From assembly GCA_044869275.1 (NCBI GenBank), contig JBIOXB010000077.1:1-33181 (forward strand): a stretch of 33,181 bases of DNA, in the 5' to 3' direction. Of the stretch, positions 29,375-33,181 are shown piece after piece. A program made the translations under genes and the position numbers. The first letter of the stretch is position 1, and every line of letters starts with the position of its first letter. Under the pieces are notes generated by a model, which was given only the letters and a program-made list of their open reading frames with translations, was not told where the DNA came from and did not search any database. The stretch comes from a bacterium (lineage in GTDB: Bacteria > Zhuqueibacterota > Zhuqueibacteria > Zhuqueibacterales > Zhuqueibacteraceae).

Positions 29375-29403
29375 TTGCATCCAGCAAAAGAATGTGTTAT
29401 ATT
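29375..29403 (+). promoter_or_regulatory. Putative promoter of the MNT-HEPN operon
   Basis: TTGCAT-17 nt-TATATT with extended TG; AAGGAG RBS downstream. Confidence 0.55.
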
Positions 29404-29427
29404 GGCTCGAACTAAAGGAGTAGAACC

Positions 29428-29754
29428 ATGACGCAACTTGAGTTGCATAAGCTATTAGCTGAACTCAAATCCGAGCTGCAGCAACTTTATGGTGAGCAAT
29501 TGGTGGCCGTGATTCTTTACGGCTCATATGCCCGACACGAATCCGGCCCGCATTCGGATTTGGATGTTGCTATGGTGTTGCGTGATTATCGCAGCGACTT
29601 CGAAGAAATCAATCGTACCGATGAAATTGCTGCGCGTTTGTCGCTGGAGTATGATATGATGGTAGCACTTATTCCGGCGCGCGAAAGCAACTGGCGGCAG
29701 AAGCAGACTTCCTTTTATCGAAACCTCGACCGTGAGGGGGTTGCGATTCCATGA
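29428..29754 (+). CDS. Minimal nucleotidyltransferase (MNT antitoxin)
   Basis: GS-X10-DXD motif (GSYARHESGPHSDLD), ..REG end. Confidence 0.9.
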   Translation: MTQLELHKLLAELKSELQQLYGEQLVAVILYGSYARHESGPHSDLDVAMVLRDYRSDFEEINRTDEIAARLSLEYDMMVALIPARESNWRQKQTSFYRNLDREGVAIP

Positions 29755-30149
29755 TGGCTGAAAGCGCTGATTTGTTAAAAAAGGCAGAGGAGAATATTCA
29801 GGCCGGCGATGTACTCATCAAAGCCAGCTTTTTTGAAATCGCCATATCGCGCGGCTATTATGCCATTCTTTATATTGCTGAAGCCTTGCTCGTGGAAGAA
29901 GGCATTGTGTGCTCTTCTCACCGTCAGGTGCAAAGCCATTTCGGCCAAATTTTCGCAAAGTCTCGAAAGCTCGATCCCAAATTTCATAGCTATCTTCTCA
30001 GTAGCTTCCGCAAGCGGCAAGTTGCCGACTATCACTCCAGCTCCGAGGTGACTGACTCAGAAGCCATTGAAGTCCTCAATCATGCCGAAGAATTTCTCAA
30101 TGCGGCAAAGATTTATCTTACCATCAACCCTCCTCGCACTCCTCGATAA
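29751..30149 (+). CDS. HEPN domain protein (MNT partner)
   Basis: AISRGYYA, SH, RQVADY (RX4Y-type HEPN); overlaps the MNT stop codon. Confidence 0.88.
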   Translation: MMAESADLLKKAEENIQAGDVLIKASFFEIAISRGYYAILYIAEALLVEEGIVCSSHRQVQSHFGQIFAKSRKLDPKFHSYLLSSFRKRQVADYHSSSEVTDSEAIEVLNHAEEFLNAAKIYLTINPPRTPR

Positions 30150-30279
30150 ATCATTGGTGCTGAGCTTTATGCGCTCGTTGTAAACCGATTCTCACTGATA
30201 AGATCAAAAACCAACTTGTTGGCTTTGGCACTGCCTGTAATTTATTTGTCACCGATGGTGCAAAGCGATCAATGAGAAT

Positions 30280-30558
30280 TCAACAATCTGGTGCGCCGGC
30301 ATCCCGCGTGTCCCTCTGTGAAGACGTGTCGGTGGTAATCAATAATCCTGCCTGCTCGAGCAGATACAAGGTATCTTCTGCTTTGTCTTCGTCAATGCCA
30401 AGGGCGGCTGCTACTTCATCGCTATACACCGGCTTCTTCTCGACCATTTCTAAAATGGTCCTTACCCAACAATCGGGAACGGTGTTATTCAAAATAACCA
30501 TGTTGCGCTCCGGATTGTGAAAACCCCTCGTTTGTAAAAACCCATTGTTCGTTTTCAA
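30280..30558 (-). CDS. Small winged-helix-like protein (start uncertain)
   Basis: DEVAAALGIDEDKAEDTLYLLEQAGLL; TTG overlaps the rep stop codon. Confidence 0.55.
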   Translation of the reverse strand: MKTNNGFLQTRGFHNPERNMVILNNTVPDCWVRTILEMVEKKPVYSDEVAAALGIDEDKAEDTLYLLEQAGLLITTDTSSQRDTRDAGAPDC

Positions 30559-31583
30559 GACTCACTGCCGGCAAGTGGCAATTTGAGCAAAGCCTTTTGA
30601 TAGTCACTTTCGTTGATGCGAAAGTCCTGCAAGTAGGGCGCTGGCAACTCTTCATAAGCGATTCCGCGCGCTGCGAGCCATGAAATCACCCACGGCCGCG
30701 CCCGCTTATAGCGATACCCAATATCCGCTTGGTGCACACGCTCCGGAGAAACACTGTACTCGCGAAAAAACTCCTGGTGCAACGCCTGCCAGAGCGGATG
30801 AAGCGGCTTTTTGTAGAGATTGCGATGAGTGGCAGCTTCGGTTACAAATTCAATAGCGGTCACACCATTGCTCCACAAGCGATCAAGTGTGGGAAGGTCG
30901 AAAGCCACAAGCTGCCGATGCGTGCAAATCTCCTGAATCTTTTTCTTATGATACTCAAATTCGAGTCGCCACACGCGCGCCTGGCCATCATGGCCGCAAT
31001 CGCGCCAACTCGAAGTCAAATACGTCTTTCCCGAGGAAAGAATCTCCGCACTTTTAACGTACAAGCGCATCATGAACTCATGCCGGCTGCCGAAATAGAT
31101 GGTTTTCCCTTCAGCCTCAACTCCAGATTGAAAAAATCCGTGCTTCTTAAGCTTGGTCCGGAATTGATCGAGTGCAAAATCACCGTCAAACACGAAATCA
31201 ACGAACACGTCAATGCGGCTCACGATCAAATGCTCAAGCCACGGAGCCAGCGTACCGTCCCCACGCATGCGATCAAGAATCCGGCAAAGCCAAAGGACAA
31301 CTGACTCAAATCCACGCAGCTCAAATGCAAGTGACAGCACTTTGATGTAAGCTGACTTCCGGTTCACGAAAAAGAGAAACTGCCCATGCTTAAGGCACAC
31401 CGGGTATGTTCGTATCCACGCTTTCATTCTGACAAAAGTTAACTGGCCAATCATGATGCTCTGCTCGTAGTCCACACGTTCTGCCTGCTCACAAATCGTT
31501 CTCCAATCAATCCCCTGCTCAAGATACACATACAACGAGTCGACACCCTTTGCGAGCAACCCATCTGTCCTGGACTTAACCAC
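30555..31583 (-). CDS. Rep_trans-family rolling-circle initiator / MOBT-like relaxase
   Basis: GVDSL, VSRIDVFVDF, KTIYFGSR, RLYVKSAE, VWRLEFE motifs. Confidence 0.82.
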   Translation of the reverse strand: MVKSRTDGLLAKGVDSLYVYLEQGIDWRTICEQAERVDYEQSIMIGQLTFVRMKAWIRTYPVCLKHGQFLFFVNRKSAYIKVLSLAFELRGFESVVLWLCRILDRMRGDGTLAPWLEHLIVSRIDVFVDFVFDGDFALDQFRTKLKKHGFFQSGVEAEGKTIYFGSRHEFMMRLYVKSAEILSSGKTYLTSSWRDCGHDGQARVWRLEFEYHKKKIQEICTHRQLVAFDLPTLDRLWSNGVTAIEFVTEAATHRNLYKKPLHPLWQALHQEFFREYSVSPERVHQADIGYRYKRARPWVISWLAARGIAYEELPAPYLQDFRINESDYQKALLKLPLAGSES

Positions 31584-31672
31584 ATATCCTTCCTACATTT
31601 ACCGCAGTTCATCAAGTTCGAATTTCACTTTTTTTATAATCCCTTGTTTTTCCTACTCCGAGTATGCACATT

Positions 31673-31699
31673 AACCCCGTTATTACGAGGAGTGGGGTT
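31673..31699 (-). promoter_or_regulatory. Putative dso/oriT nick-site hairpin
   Basis: Minus strand AACCCC-actcctcgTAATAac-GGGGTT, ~90 bp upstream of rep; resembles pT181 dso and Tn916/ICEBs1 nic hairpins. Confidence 0.6.
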
Positions 31700-31954
31700 T
31701 CCTTCTGTGCTCTCCGACAACGGCGCAAACGGGCGCGCGAGCGCGCCCTCGGTGGCGCGCTCCAACAACATTCACGATACCGCAAGTGTGATCTCCATTT
31801 TCTCTCCATCCCAAAAGCAGCGCGACCAAGCCGTCCTGGTAGGTCGCGGTTTCGCACAGCACCGTCCTGGTCTGCGCGACATCAAAAAGAACGTCCTATT
31901 TCTTCCCGCAGGACTCCTGTCCTACTTCGTTTGTACACACATCTTGTCTTGAGA

Positions 31955-33181
31955 TCATGCCGCCTGACGGCCGGCCCACACTCCTTGCTTCATCGCCGTG
32001 ATCAGTGTGGTTGGCGCTGGCGCCGGCAACGTTGCTAAAATCGATTTTGCCTCGTCCTTGCTCAGATAAGGCACCTGCAGTTCTTTGAGCGATCCATCGG
32101 ACGCTTGCACATAGCATCGTCCCGGAATCTTCCGAAGCTTTGTGGCTACAGCAGTGCCCAGCACCATGATCGAGTCTTCCTTTTGCGATACCTTGAACAT
32201 GATCCGTGTGGTGAGCATGCTGCGCACCTTGGGCGGAATGGACTCTGCACTCGCCCGTTGTGTACACACAATGAGATGAATCGCCGCAAAGCGACCTTTG
32301 CGGGCTAAACGATCCATGGAGCTATATACCTGCGACAAAAGAGATTTCGCAACGCCACTTTCAGGATCCCAGAATTCAGTGGCTTCGTCAATGATGATGT
32401 AAATGGGTGCATGGTATAATCCCTGCTGCCGGCAAAGATGGTACAGTGTATCGCATGTACTCTCGCGCACGATGCGCTCGCGCCGCTTGTATTCTTCATA
32501 CACCAGGCGCAGCACATGGGCCGCACTCTCATATTCATCAACGCACACAAAATTTCCGAGGTCTTCAAACACGGAGAACTCAGCGCCACCTTTGAAATCA
32601 ACACCCAAGATGATGGCGTCACGATCAGCGGACATGAGTTGCGTGATGAGACCGCGCAAACAAACGCTCTTCCCGCTACCGGGCTCGCCTGAGATGCCCA
32701 GATGAATCATGTCTGCAAAAGACTGTTGATAGAACCCCTGCCTGCCATAGCCAAGAATCACGACGCCGCGCTCGACAATCGGCACGCGCTCGAAAGGCAC
32801 GAGCGCCGGCAAGTCCTGCCACGCGAATGTGATCTCGAGAAGATCAGCGTGGGTTGAGCCATCGGGCTTTTGCAGGAACGAAGCATCACCCACAAACAGG
32901 CCCATCGCTGCCGATAGCTCAGTACGTCTCTCCTGAATCATCTCAGGAGTGATTCCTTTGGACTCGACGACAAACGCATCCGGCCGCACGCTAATCACCG
33001 GCGGGTACTCTCTCACATCTTTATCCGGCTCAAGATTGGTTGCGGTTGTGAGCCCAACATGCAGGCACGCCCGTCGCCACTTCTCTTCAATCCGTTCCTG
33101 CGTCACAGCTGGTTCTACCATGACATTGAGCATCGCCGAGCTCACCATGCCCCACCCAACTCCCGCCCCCACACAGAAAAG
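31955..33181 (-). CDS. FtsK/SpoIIIE-family ATPase (TcpA/TraB-like); 5' end beyond window
   Basis: Walker A GEPGSGKS, DFKGGAEF, Walker B IIIDEA, ARKGR..IHLIVCTQR; frame open to the window edge. Confidence 0.9.
   Translation of the reverse strand, partial: LFCVGAGVGWGMVSSAMLNVMVEPAVTQERIEEKWRRACLHVGLTTATNLEPDKDVREYPPVISVRPDAFVVESKGITPEMIQERRTELSAAMGLFVGDASFLQKPDGSTHADLLEITFAWQDLPALVPFERVPIVERGVVILGYGRQGFYQQSFADMIHLGISGEPGSGKSVCLRGLITQLMSADRDAIILGVDFKGGAEFSVFEDLGNFVCVDEYESAAHVLRLVYEEYKRRERIVRESTCDTLYHLCRQQGLYHAPIYIIIDEATEFWDPESGVAKSLLSQVYSSMDRLARKGRFAAIHLIVCTQRASAESIPPKVRSMLTTRIMFKVSQKEDSIMVLGTAVATKLRKIPGRCYVQASDGSLKELQVPYLSKDEAKSILATLPAPAPTTLITAMKQGVWAGRQAA

Larger units (their letters stand above)
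27907..33181 (-). mobile_element. tRNA-Arg-integrated element with Rep_trans and FtsK/TcpA-like genes (continues beyond window)
   Basis: int, xis, TA pair, rolling-circle initiator/relaxase, nick-site hairpin and FtsK-like ATPase clustered next to a tRNA. Confidence 0.85.

Noticed and set aside
29143..29448. 101-aa minus-strand ORF overlapping xis and MNT
   Set aside because: Overlaps two better-supported genes and their promoter region; no motifs.
29064..30263. 11-bp repeat cgatggtgcaa at 29064-29074 and 30253-30263 as a target duplication of the TA cassette
   Set aside because: It would enclose xis as well as the TA pair, and the second copy lacks a good -10 box; too short to interpret.
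31612..32038. Short ORFs in the FtsK-rep gap
   Set aside because: No RBS or motifs; the region is better explained as a non-coding origin.

Overview
GC-rich bacterial chromosomal window, likely a diderm lineage; gene style suggests KSB1/Calditrichota-like, by inference only. It opens with the left end of an IS3-family element and two tandem MacB/FtsX-type ABC permease genes. A long minus-strand housekeeping run follows: TPR protein, rimP, nusA, infB, DUF503, rbfA, truB, ribF, rpsO, [GldA/GldF/GldG-like ABC system + DUF4340], pnp, M16 peptidase, ald, YfcC-type transporter, polysaccharide deacetylase. Three accessory features stand out. (1) The ABC system sits between rpsO and pnp, and its permease has a C-terminal tail that aligns without gaps to an IF2 N-terminal domain of the infB in this window. 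(2) An AT-richer islet splits that ABC operon and holds decayed toxin-antitoxin pieces and a DUF262-HNH nuclease gene. (3) An integrative element at the right end (FtsK/TcpA-like ATPase, nick-site hairpin, Rep_trans, wHTH, MNT-HEPN, xis, int) lies upstream of an intact tRNA-Arg(CCT), and its integrase ORF stops inside the anticodon loop. Family assignments come from motif recognition by eye; no database searches were run.
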